From a virus (Duplodnaviria; Caudoviricetes), in IMG/VR virus record IMGVR_UViG_3300037608_000205, positions 1 through 50,131 of that record: a stretch of 50,131 nucleotides of DNA; one strand, written 5' to 3'. The position numbers and the translations under genes are program-made. Each line of letters starts with the position of its first letter. The stretch's first letter is position 1. The notes beneath the pieces were generated by a model, which did not search any database, was not told the DNA's origin, and saw only the letters and a list, made by a program, of their open reading frames with translations. Of the stretch, positions 27,413-36,032 are shown piece after piece.

Positions 27413-28666
27413 TTAGGTATTCATCTGTTTTTCAATATCACTAACATGAAACTTTTCACCATCACGAAGAACGTAGACCTCTTGATCTGATCCAACTTGC
27501 TGAATATATCTTTTCACAATAACAGTGGCGTATTTAGGATCCAACTCCAAAATATGGCAAATTCGGTCAATCTGCTCACAAGCTATCAAGGTTGATCCGC
27601 TTCCTCCAAAAGTATCCATGACAATCCCATTGACCTGGGATGAGTTTTTAATCGGGTAGCAAAGTAGCGGCACTGGCTTCATTGTCGGATGCTCGCCGTT
27701 TTTCTTTGACTTGTCATATTGCCACACTGTGGTCTCCGACCTGCCGGTAAACCATCTATGCTTGCCGCCTCTTAGCCATCCAAACAGGATGGGCTCATGG
27801 ATCCAGTTGTATGGACTCCGGCCAAGGACCAGGGAATTCTTCTTCCAGATGCACACCCCGCTTAAATGAAAGCCGGCCTCAATGAATGCTTTTCTGAAAT
27901 TAAGGCCTTCCGTATCGGCATGGAAGACATAAATGGAACCGCCGGGCTCTGTATGTTCAGCCATGTTCTTGAAGGCTGATAACAGAAACTTAAAAAATGT
28001 ATCGTTATCTTGTTTGTCATTTTGGATCTTTAGACCGCTGGCACTCTCGAAATCGACATTGTAAGGCGGGTCTGTTAAGATCAAATTTGCTTTCTTGCCA
28101 TCCATAAGGATTGCCACATCTTCAGCCTTTGTAGCATCACCACATAGGAGACGATGCCTTCCTAGAAGCCACACATCTCCCAGCTTCACAAAGGTAGCTT
28201 CCTCCAACGCCTTATTCACATCGTAATCATCATCGGTTGCATCCTTGTCGTGAACACGACTGAAAAGGTCTTCAATCTCAGCAGCATCAAATCCCGTTAG
28301 TGTGATATCAAAGTCTTGTGCTTCCAATCCTTTAATGAGATCTGCTAAAGCTTCAAACTCCCAATCTCCTGTTACTTTATTAAGGGCCACGTTTAATGCT
28401 TTCTCTCTTTCAGATGAAAGCTTGACCACAACACATTCCACCTCAGAATGGCCTTCCTCGAGTAGAATCTTGTAACGTTGATGGCCCCCTACAATGTTGC
28501 CGGTCTCTTCGTTCCAGATGATTGGTTCCACATAACCAAATTCTGTCATAGATCTTTTTAATTTTTCATAAACAGGGTCACCTGGTTTTAAATCTTTTCT
28601 CGGATTATACTTCGCCGGGTTGATTTCAGCCACTGGTATTTTTTTGATGATCATATCCTGTTTCAT
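27413..28666 (-). CDS. ParB-like N-terminal domain + amino (N6A/N4C) DNA methyltransferase, beta order
   Basis: YNPRK, GGHQR ParB-like motifs; TDPPYN catalytic motif before HPTMKP and DTFGGSGST SAM-binding motif. Confidence 0.92.
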   Translation of the reverse strand: MKQDMIIKKIPVAEINPAKYNPRKDLKPGDPVYEKLKRSMTEFGYVEPIIWNEETGNIVGGHQRYKILLEEGHSEVECVVVKLSSEREKALNVALNKVTGDWEFEALADLIKGLEAQDFDITLTGFDAAEIEDLFSRVHDKDATDDDYDVNKALEEATFVKLGDVWLLGRHRLLCGDATKAEDVAILMDGKKANLILTDPPYNVDFESASGLKIQNDKQDNDTFFKFLLSAFKNMAEHTEPGGSIYVFHADTEGLNFRKAFIEAGFHLSGVCIWKKNSLVLGRSPYNWIHEPILFGWLRGGKHRWFTGRSETTVWQYDKSKKNGEHPTMKPVPLLCYPIKNSSQVNGIVMDTFGGSGSTLIACEQIDRICHILELDPKYATVIVKRYIQQVGSDQEVYVLRDGEKFHVSDIEKQMNT

Positions 28667-28691
28667 TCGATCTCCTCCGTTGTTTCACATT

Positions 28692-28721
28692 AAAAAAGCC
28701 CTAGACACTAGTTTTTGGGCT
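28692..28721 (-). terminator. Intrinsic terminator
   Basis: Minus strand AGCCC...GGGCT stem followed by TTTTT. Confidence 0.55.
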
Positions 28722-28800
28722 AAAAATCATTAAAACCACAGAAAAACAACCGACTTTCAAGGTTCTGATGCATTCACTTTTATTAAGTTTTTCTGTTGTT

Positions 28801-28933
28801 TATGAATCGCCATACACGAGTAGCCAGGCTATCTTGAGGCGATTTTTTCTGTTTGGATTTCGCGAATGAAATATGCGTCATAACCCCGCTTGCGAATTAT
28901 GCGTTTTTCAACACAAAGCCCCACGCCGCTGTC
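28801..28933. repeat. Direct repeat copy A (about 130 bp; cos-region-like)
   Basis: Aligns with 30314-30447; shared blocks GCTATCTTGAGGCGATTTT and GTTTGGATTTCGCG.ATGAAATATG.GTCATA. Confidence 0.85.
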
Positions 28934-28982
28934 CAGTTTAAAAAGTTTTAGAGAGTTAATAACCCCTCCGTCACAGCTACAA

Positions 28983-29011
28983 TTGAAATACCAGAATATT
29001 AGTGGTACAAT
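28983..29011 (+). promoter_or_regulatory. Sigma-A promoter, extended -10, for plus-strand moron
   Basis: TTGAAA-17bp-TACAAT preceded by TGG. Confidence 0.72.
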
Positions 29012-29058
29012 TATGAAAACTATTTTTGTTTTAAAATAGAATACTCGGAGGTACATAA

Positions 29059-29559
29059 ATGGGTCTTTTTACTTCAAAGGCAGAGCGTGAGGCCAGAGCG
29101 AAAGCAAAAGCCGAAGCTAAAGATGCTGCCAGTAAAGCTGCTATGATTAAAGTTGCAGATAGCAAAGGCATTAGATATTCCAATGATGACCTTTACGCAC
29201 TTCAATGTCTCTATGATGCCTTTGAAGACAAAGAGGACATCAATGTAAGCTCGTCTATCATTTCGCTTTACGATAGCGACAACAACTCTTGTGACAACAG
29301 CATTGGGGATATTACGTATGATGTCCTAGAAGGCGTGCAGAACATAGATTACAACAATTTTAAGTTCTTTAAGGCTATCATTGAGCAGAATTACATGACA
29401 ATGCGTAAAGTTGATGCTCTTAAAGATTTACTTGAATTGTTGATCGATTCTAGAAATCGTGCTTCTTCACCGCGTAGCACAACAGGTTTCTGCTCACTAT
29501 GCGGTAAACCGCGTAATAGCGGCGATGTGTTTTGTCCTCAATGTGGACATAAACATTAA
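29059..29559 (+). CDS. Moron: hypothetical protein with C-terminal zinc ribbon
   Basis: RBS GGAGGT; FCSLCG...FCPQCG; opposite strand to the phage core. Confidence 0.78.
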   Translation: MGLFTSKAEREARAKAKAEAKDAASKAAMIKVADSKGIRYSNDDLYALQCLYDAFEDKEDINVSSSIISLYDSDNNSCDNSIGDITYDVLEGVQNIDYNNFKFFKAIIEQNYMTMRKVDALKDLLELLIDSRNRASSPRSTTGFCSLCGKPRNSGDVFCPQCGHKH

Positions 29560-29626
29560 AGCGGGTTTTTGATTGGGTCTACATATGAAAGCAGCTTTAT
29601 ACTCTTAAAAGGCAAGGTGACTTCTG

Positions 29627-30211
29627 ATGGCATTCACATCATTTGACTATTATCTGATTTGGGCAACCATTGTCGGCTTCATTGTTTTCTTTATTAACCA
29701 ACTTCTGTACTCAAACACTGCCGAAGGACAGATTGATACCGTTGTCACGATTACTGCGCTTCTTGGCGGCTCTTTAGGAATATTAATTGGAATTCTTCTT
29801 TTTGAGCGTAAACCTGTAAAGGATAACATGATGTCACGAGTCTTTATTGCTTGCCTGTTCGTCATTCAAGTCGTGATTATTCTTATCGGGAAGGGTGTCA
29901 TTGCAGAGAATATCACCTTTTCCTTTTGGACTTTCTTCCATTCCAATAAATGGTTGCTTTACTACCTGTTTGGTATTAATATTGTCGCTCTTATTCTCTT
30001 TGCCATTGATAAAACCAATGCTTGCTGGCATCGAAGTCGTATAAGAATAATCACTCTTCTTGGGGTAGCTTTTTTTGGCGGATCTGTTGGTAGTCTACTA
30101 GCGATGTATTTGTTTCGGCACAAAACCAGAAAGGATTACTTTGCAGTAGGTGTCCCGCTGATTATCGTAATGCAGATCGTTCTCACATTTTATCTGATGA
30201 ACATCGAGTAA
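29627..30211 (+). CDS. Moron: DUF1294-like membrane protein (internally duplicated)
   Basis: C-half IDK...GGSVGSLLAMYLFRHKT DUF1294-like signature; N-half has a degenerate GGSLGILIGILLF copy; about six hydrophobic segments. Confidence 0.75.
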   Translation: MAFTSFDYYLIWATIVGFIVFFINQLLYSNTAEGQIDTVVTITALLGGSLGILIGILLFERKPVKDNMMSRVFIACLFVIQVVIILIGKGVIAENITFSFWTFFHSNKWLLYYLFGINIVALILFAIDKTNACWHRSRIRIITLLGVAFFGGSVGSLLAMYLFRHKTRKDYFAVGVPLIIVMQIVLTFYLMNIE

Positions 30212-30254
30212 TCTATCTATCACTCATCCTAGTATGAATCTTGTTGTGACAACT

Positions 30255-30305
30255 GCGGCACAGGCACATGAGGTTATCTCGCGAGTGTGTGCCGCCTTTG
30301 TTTAT
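30255..30305 (+). terminator. Possible terminator of plus-strand moron
   Basis: GCGGCACA...TGTGCCGC inverted repeat with long loop, followed by CTTTGTTTATT. Confidence 0.4.
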
Positions 30306-30313
30306 TGGGAGAA

Positions 30314-30447
30314 TATGAACCGCCGCACACGAGTATCCTTGCTATCTTGAGGCGATTTTCCCCGTTTGGATTTCGCGTATGAAATATGTGTCATACCCCC
30401 CCCTTGCTATTTCTGCGATTTCTCACACAAGACCCCGGCACGTTGTC
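30314..30447. repeat. Direct repeat copy B; probable cos/packaging region downstream of HNH gene
   Basis: Aligns with 28801-28933; G-run-rich non-coding DNA right after the HNH gene, where cos lies in HNH/P27-terminase phages. Confidence 0.75.
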
Positions 30448-30478
30448 GTGCCAACGCTTCTGTGGAGATGTGGACTCC

Positions 30479-30847
30479 CTACCCCCTAGTAATGGCAGGG
30501 GTATTTCCAAAGCCTCCGTCTTCTTCAGCAGTCTTTTTGGAGTGGCAGCTCTTGCAAAGAGCTTGCCAGTTGTTTTTGTTCCAGAAGAGCTTCCTGTCGC
30601 CACCGTGGGGTTTGATGTGGTCTACCTCAGCAGATGGGGTGAGTCGTCCGTCCCTTATGCAGTAAACACACAGCGGATGCTTCTTGACAAACTCCTTGCT
30701 GGATTTTCGCCACTGGTAGGTGTACAACTTTGAGCTTCTCTCGTTTTGAACTCTATTCATCTCTTTCTTATGTGTCTCACAGTATCTATCATGGGTTAGT
30801 GTTTGGCATCCGGGATAGCTGCAGATGGACTTTGGTTTCCAGGGCAT
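30479..30847 (-). CDS. HNH endonuclease (terminase-associated, HK97 gp74-like)
   Basis: HPLCVYC...VDHIKPH...NWQALCKSCHSKKT. Confidence 0.92.
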   Translation of the reverse strand: MPWKPKSICSYPGCQTLTHDRYCETHKKEMNRVQNERSSKLYTYQWRKSSKEFVKKHPLCVYCIRDGRLTPSAEVDHIKPHGGDRKLFWNKNNWQALCKSCHSKKTAEEDGGFGNTPAITRG

Positions 30848-30966
30848 TTGATCAACTCCTTATCTTACAAGCACCTTGTAATAGTTCTCTGTTTTTTATT
30901 CTCTGGCCTCTATGCCTCTTAATAAACTTTTCGTTTTGACTATTATCTTCGCGTAATTTCCGGCGA

Positions 30967-31002
30967 ATAAAAGACCCCTTGATGTCATCAACAAGGAGCC
31001 TT
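30967..31002 (-). terminator. Intrinsic terminator after nuclease moron
   Basis: Minus strand AAGGCTCCTTG-10nt-CAAGGGGTCTT-TT. Confidence 0.6.
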
Positions 31003-31046
31003 CTTAATTCTATATATTCTATGCGTGTTATTATTTTAAGTCTCGG

Positions 31047-32381
31047 TTAATTCATAAGTCCAAGTAGCCGAGTATTAATTGATTCTGGACATTCGAACTT
31101 GTCGTTGTTCAACCAACAAATCAGGATATTCCTGTCCTTCAAAATATAATCTAATATCCACGACTCATTTGGTCGTTTATTAAGAACAATACACAATTCA
31201 GCGTCACTCATATTATGAAGAAATCTATATTCATAAAGCTGTGCGATGGCCTTCCGTATTTGCTCACACTCATTGGAATTATGTATCGATTTCATCTCAA
31301 AGATAATATTCATCTCATCTTGAGCAATGAACAAATCGATCAGGTTGTTATTCAACGGTAAAAAACCTGTCCCGACTATTTTACTAGCCATTGTATTCAC
31401 CAACTGATTGTGAATAATATTTGCTCTTTCTAATTTAATATGTGTTTCAATACTTGAAATGACTGATTCTGCCTGAAAAGCACTTCTAACTTCGCCAAGA
31501 TTTTCACGTTCATAATCAAATACAATTGTATGTATAGACCAATCAATACTATTAAAATTGTCTTTTGATAAAACTGTCCCATCGGTGAGTACTAAATTAC
31601 AGTTTTCAAGTTTATTGCTGATTTTTAGCTTTTGCGACTCAGTCATTGCGACACCTCTCCGTATGTGGGAGCCAATTCTAGTTATTGTATCCTTATTTGC
31701 TAAATTATCTTCTTTTTTGATAATTGGCGTTTGAATTCTAGTGATTTCCCAGTTTCTAGCTTCGTCGTTAAGATACACTATAGCGTGATTGATTCTTGCC
31801 AAAAAATCTGCTTTTTTTAGCATATCAATAAATTCATTTTCTTTTTTGAGAAAGTCAATTTCACTAATTACACCTTTGTTAAATTGTTTATACAATCCCG
31901 AAAAATTGTTAAATTTTTGTGCTATCTGTATAACTTCGATATCATCAATAAAACCGAATGCTTTATATATAATAAACCAGTCCCACTGATCTTTTCTTTC
32001 ACAACGATTAATAAGACCTTTAATCTCGGAAAAGTGTGCTCTTTCAATATGCTCAAGCTCTTGATTTTTGATTAAAATTAGTTTTTTAAAATAAAGTAAT
32101 GCATCAAAATACCTGTTTAGAGTATTCGGTTTTGGTGGAAATTTGCCAAAATTTGAAATGCCAATAACCATATATTTCGAATCCTGTTTTTTTCTAACTA
32201 TCCAGCCCTCAATTTGATCACCAACTCTAATCAATTTAATGGTATTTCTAAGTCCAGAATTCCATTGCATTTGACAACACCAATCGCTATCATCAATATC
32301 CACATCAAACTTCATTTCACCATTCACGTTTTGAATTTTACTAATCTTCCCAACTATTGAATCTCCAATATGATAATTCAT
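31047..32381 (-). CDS. Moron: S1/OB-like N-terminus + C-terminal PD-(D/E)XK nuclease
   Basis: YHIGDSIVGKISKI...RVGDQIEGWI S1-like pattern; IDLF...FEMKS...QIRKAIAQLYEY restriction-like motif. Very AT-rich; start after GGAGG. Confidence 0.68.
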   Translation of the reverse strand: MNYHIGDSIVGKISKIQNVNGEMKFDVDIDDSDWCCQMQWNSGLRNTIKLIRVGDQIEGWIVRKKQDSKYMVIGISNFGKFPPKPNTLNRYFDALLYFKKLILIKNQELEHIERAHFSEIKGLINRCERKDQWDWFIIYKAFGFIDDIEVIQIAQKFNNFSGLYKQFNKGVISEIDFLKKENEFIDMLKKADFLARINHAIVYLNDEARNWEITRIQTPIIKKEDNLANKDTITRIGSHIRRGVAMTESQKLKISNKLENCNLVLTDGTVLSKDNFNSIDWSIHTIVFDYERENLGEVRSAFQAESVISSIETHIKLERANIIHNQLVNTMASKIVGTGFLPLNNNLIDLFIAQDEMNIIFEMKSIHNSNECEQIRKAIAQLYEYRFLHNMSDAELCIVLNKRPNESWILDYILKDRNILICWLNNDKFECPESINTRLLGLMN

Positions 32382-32566
32382 CACTACCTCCAATACATCC
32401 CAGTGTACTAACAAATAGTACCACAATTCAAGTTATTTAAATAGTTATATTGGATTCTAATTATACACTTATATTGGATTCTATTTATATATTTAGTGAT
32501 AATTAACATTAAAGAAACAGATATTTTAGCTTCCGTGTGGAATAAGTCATCTTCAGATTGAAAAGA

Positions 32567-32692
32567 GTATAGAAAAAGCTCCAGTTCATCAACTAGAGCT
32601 TGTCATCCAAGAATGCCGCGTTTCCTAAGATTCGAACCGATATAGCTTAGGCGTATGCTACAGCATATGGCGTTCTTGAATATTTTCTATAC
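32567..32692 (-). ncRNA. Candidate multi-stem structured RNA/leader just downstream of the late promoter, ending in a terminator-like hairpin
   Basis: Nested pairings GTATAGAAAA/TTTTCTATAC, TTCAAGAACGCC/GGCATTCTTGGA, TATGC/GCATA, CCTAAG/CTTAGG, AAGCTCTAGTT/AACTGGAGCTT; contains GGTTCGAATC. Confidence 0.55.
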
Positions 32693-32705
32693 CTTTACAC
32701 CTTAT

Positions 32706-32750
32706 ACTATAGCATAGGTTGCTACTGACATTCACTGACATTTACTGACA
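32706..32750 (-). promoter_or_regulatory. Late promoter: three TGTCAGT direct repeats (10-bp period) + TGcTATAGT extended -10
   Basis: ACTGACA at 32724, 32734, 32744 overlapping the activator stop codon; arrangement as known for RinA/ArpU-type late activators. Confidence 0.72.
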
Positions 32751-33161
32751 ATTTTTCATTTTTTCAAATTCTTTCAATGCTTTTCCATGAATTCTGAAGA
32801 TGGTTCTTGGATCGTATCCCATAGCAAGAGCAATTTCATCCCAACTTTTCCCCGAAAGGTATCGAAACTCCAGCAGGAGTTGTTGATTCATATCGTCCAT
32901 TTTTTTGATGGTGTCTTGAATATCCTTCTTGATGTCAACCAAACGGTCAATGTCAGCATTGATTTCATTTTCTTGGTCGATGACCTTGACAATGATGCTT
33001 TCCATCGGGCTTGTCTCGATAATACCTTTATGGATTTTTTCTTGTGTGAAATGTGTTGTCACTTTCGTAGCCAAGCACTTTAGTTCTTCTAGTTGTTCCA
33101 GTTTACTGTCAATCATCTGGTCAAGCCAGATGGCTTGCGATAAGTATTTCTTCGCGTTCAT
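32742..33161 (-). CDS. Late transcriptional activator, ArpU/RinA/DUF1492-like
   Basis: AKKYLSQ N-terminus; LLEFRYL..KSWDEIA..MGY..RTIFRIHGKAL HTH. Confidence 0.85.
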   Translation of the reverse strand: MNAKKYLSQAIWLDQMIDSKLEQLEELKCLATKVTTHFTQEKIHKGIIETSPMESIIVKVIDQENEINADIDRLVDIKKDIQDTIKKMDDMNQQLLLEFRYLSGKSWDEIALAMGYDPRTIFRIHGKALKEFEKMKNCQ

Positions 33162-33387
33162 TTACGTTCCTCCACTTCATCCAGCAGTTTCATATTCCCC
33201 CTGTAATAGAGTTTTATGATAGTTGCCTGTACCTTTGGGGCTAGGCTTTTAATTCTGACAAATACCTTTTGTTGATCTTTATCTACTTGCTCTTTCGTTT
33301 TAATAAAATGCAATCCTCACATTTCTTAATCTTTAAAGCTGAACATTTGTCCTCAAAAAAAGCGAAACACATCTTCTCATCTATCAT
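33158..33387 (-). pseudogene. Small Cys-containing phage gene with 1-nt frameshift
   Basis: MIDEKMCFAFFEDKCSALKIKKCEDC then, one base off, FIKTKEQVDKDQQK...VEERK*. Both ends form ATGA overlaps with neighbours; length 230 nt. Confidence 0.55.
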
Positions 33388-33809
33388 CTGGAGACACCTC
33401 CTTTTTCCCCGCACGCGTTTGTAAAATACCTGACGGGAATGTTCCATTTCTTAGCTCTTGCAATCTCGACACTCATGCCCGATGAGATTTTGTTTCCAAA
33501 AACCCATAGTTGGTAGCACTTGCTAAGGAGTACCAGTCCCATATCAATACCCAACTGTCGTTCTTCAGGATTGTCTTCCTCAAGAAACTGTGGATACATC
33601 AAATGCGGGATGATGGGGACTACCTTCTCTGTCATTGCAAACCTTCCGTACCGTCTTGCCCGAATGGTGTTTCCTTCGATGTCACCGGCAAAGGGACTGC
33701 AAATGAACACGATCTTTTTCTTTTGCTTCTTTTCTTTTTCAATATTGGTTAACGCCTCAAAGGCTGTTGGATCATAATAGCCTTCGGCATTGTATTTGTT
33801 TACGCTCAT
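33384..33809 (-). CDS. DUF4406/nucleoside deoxyribosyltransferase-fold phage protein
   Basis: VFICSPFAGD...PIIPHL...C..LWVFG..ISSGM..EI motif. Confidence 0.72.
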   Translation of the reverse strand: MSVNKYNAEGYYDPTAFEALTNIEKEKKQKKKIVFICSPFAGDIEGNTIRARRYGRFAMTEKVVPIIPHLMYPQFLEEDNPEERQLGIDMGLVLLSKCYQLWVFGNKISSGMSVEIARAKKWNIPVRYFTNACGEKGGVSR

Positions 33810-35215
33810 TTTCTTTGTCCTCCGTTATTCAAGTTTTCTATGCTTGCCTTCACAGCTTCGATCAACGCCTTCTGGCCTGTGTCTTTGTTATCAAGTGCCA
33901 TCATCACGCGCTGGTCGATGGTGTCTTTTGCCAATATGTGATGAATCACTACTGTTTGCTTCTGCCCTTGCCTCCAAAGTCTGGCATTGGCCTGCTGGTA
34001 TAGCTCAAGGCTCCATGTCATGCTGTACCATATGATGGTGGAGCCGCCTTCCTGAAGATTAAGCCCGTGTCCAGCCGATGCCGGGTGGCAAAGTGCGATC
34101 TTCATCTCTTTCCGGTTCCATCTGGCAATATCCTCTGATGTGTTGATATCTTCTGTATTGAATCTTGCTTTGATGCGGTCGCGTTCATGTCTATAGCCGT
34201 AGTAGACCAGGACCGGTTTTCCGTTGGCGGCCTCGATTAGATCCTCTAAAACGTCCAATTTTCTATCATGAATCCGGTGTACATCATGGTACTCGTCATA
34301 GACTGTTCCACCTGCCATCTGTAGGAGCTTGTTGGAAAGCACCGCCGCATTGGCGGCATCGATGTCGCTGTCCTCTAGCGGAAGCAGCAGATCCCGTTCA
34401 AGCTTTCGGTAGAGCTTCATTTCCTTTTCTGACAGCTCCACTTCCACTTTGTTGAAGATGATCTCCGGCATCTTCAGATACTCCAGAGCCTTCATGCTGA
34501 TGCAGATATCGGAGATCTTCTCGTAGATCTTTTCCTCCGCGTCATCGTTGAGCGCGTAATCCGTCGGTATGCCGCCATTCACGTATTTCTGTGGGTGGAA
34601 GTACCTACTGCGGTATCCGCTGAAGCTTCTGCCCAATCTCTCCCCACCATCCAGAAGATAAATCTGGCTCCATATATCCAATAGGCCATTGGGAGCTGGT
34701 GTTCCGGTCAATCCCACAATCCTCTTGATTTTATGTCTGACCTTTTTCAGTGCTCTGAACCTTTTAGCCGATGGCGATTTGAAGCTTGACAGTTCATCGA
34801 TGATGACCATGTCAAAGGGCCAGTCGTTTTTATACAACTCCACCAGCCAGGGAACATTCTCCCTGTTGATGGTATAAATATCTGCTTTCTTGTAAAGAGC
34901 CATGGTCCGTTCCTTGGCGCTGCCAAGAACTCTTGACAACCTTAGGTTTTTCAGATGCTTCCACTTCAGGACCTCGTCAAGCCATGTGGTGTTCGCCACT
35001 CTTAGCGGCGCGATTACCAGAACCTTGGACACCTCAAACCGGTCATGGAGCAGTTCCACAAGAGCAGTTAGGGTGATCACGCTCTTGCCTAAACCCATCT
35101 CTATAAAGATACCCGATGAGCTTTTCTCTAGAATAAACTCTGTACAGTGGGTCTGATATTCGTGCGGGTGGTAAGGTATTCTTGATTTAGGCAGTACGAC
35201 TTCCGGCAATGCCAT
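33806..35215 (-). CDS. SNF2-family helicase
   Basis: MGLGKS, IIDELS, LTGTP, GHGLNLQ, QANARLWRQGQ. Confidence 0.93.
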   Translation of the reverse strand: MALPEVVLPKSRIPYHPHEYQTHCTEFILEKSSSGIFIEMGLGKSVITLTALVELLHDRFEVSKVLVIAPLRVANTTWLDEVLKWKHLKNLRLSRVLGSAKERTMALYKKADIYTINRENVPWLVELYKNDWPFDMVIIDELSSFKSPSAKRFRALKKVRHKIKRIVGLTGTPAPNGLLDIWSQIYLLDGGERLGRSFSGYRSRYFHPQKYVNGGIPTDYALNDDAEEKIYEKISDICISMKALEYLKMPEIIFNKVEVELSEKEMKLYRKLERDLLLPLEDSDIDAANAAVLSNKLLQMAGGTVYDEYHDVHRIHDRKLDVLEDLIEAANGKPVLVYYGYRHERDRIKARFNTEDINTSEDIARWNRKEMKIALCHPASAGHGLNLQEGGSTIIWYSMTWSLELYQQANARLWRQGQKQTVVIHHILAKDTIDQRVMMALDNKDTGQKALIEAVKASIENLNNGGQRK

Positions 35216-35477
35216 CCACCACACCTCCTATATCCTTAGGGTTGTCCAGGCAATACACCAAAAACCCTAGCCCTTCCAGCTCACCTTTTCGCTTTATCTG
35301 GTTTGCTCTCATCTTCCTACCGGTTGCCTTCACCTCGACAAATCCCGCTCTGCCGCCTGGCAGAAGCACTAACCTGTCAGGCACTCCATTTATTCCAGGG
35401 GAGATAAACTTAAAAGCTCTCCCGCCTCTTCTTTTCACTTCTTTTACGAGCATCAGCTCAAGTTCTTTTTCAGTCAT
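35187..35477 (-). CDS. VRR-NUC domain nuclease
   Basis: SPGINGVPDRLVL...FVEVKA...Q. Confidence 0.9.
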   Translation of the reverse strand: MTEKELELMLVKEVKRRGGRAFKFISPGINGVPDRLVLLPGGRAGFVEVKATGRKMRANQIKRKGELEGLGFLVYCLDNPKDIGGVVDGIAGSRTA

Positions 35478-35681
35478 GTCTTTCACCTCGATTTCTGTTG
35501 TCTGCAATTCATGTGTCTACTTCTCATCTGCTTAATCCACTTCATTGGTTTTAACCTCACTAATTTCTACTTCTCATCATTTGTCTTGTCAGTTGGTTCT
35601 TTTCTTACATCTCAATTTCTGTTTCTTCATAATTCTCCGCTTCTCATCTCTAAACCAATCTGCTTTTCATTAAAATCTTCC

Positions 35682-35872
35682 TGTAATTAACTCTGTAATT
35701 ATCGATGTAATTAAAGGGTTAAAAACCCTTACGCGTGTATACGTGCGTAATCATCTGTATATTGGTATATATTAACTACTATTACTCCATAGGCTTAGTT
35801 TGATTACATAATTACTAATTATCTTTATGTGTTGTGATTACATCGTTTTAACCTGTAATTGATTTTGTAATT
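35682..35872. repeat. Iteron-like TGTAATT repeats and palindrome; candidate replication origin
   Basis: TGTAATT at 35682, 35694, 35706 and 35854, 35866 (12-bp period); inverted GATTACA at 35802, 35836; TTACGCGTGTATACGTGCGTAA imperfect palindrome; AT-rich. Confidence 0.55.
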
Positions 35873-36032
35873 AACCGTTAGTGCAATTGCATCAGTTTCG
35901 CTTTTTCTGTAACCGGCCCATGAAGTTTTGTAACTCAACCCGCTCATTGGTTTTGTATTTTAATTTTTTCGACAGGCAGCAACCATAATGATGATTTGCC
36001 CAAGACAGGCCACTAATCTTTTCAACAGGCCA

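Noticed and set aside
28829-30603. ORFs 28829-29056 and 30391-30603
   Set aside because: They overlap the cos-like repeats, the moron promoter or the HNH gene; more simply explained as non-coding or shadow frames.
32620-32660. tRNA gene suggested by GGTTCGAATC
   Set aside because: No acceptor stem, D arm or anticodon arm at tRNA spacing; kept only as part of a candidate structured RNA.
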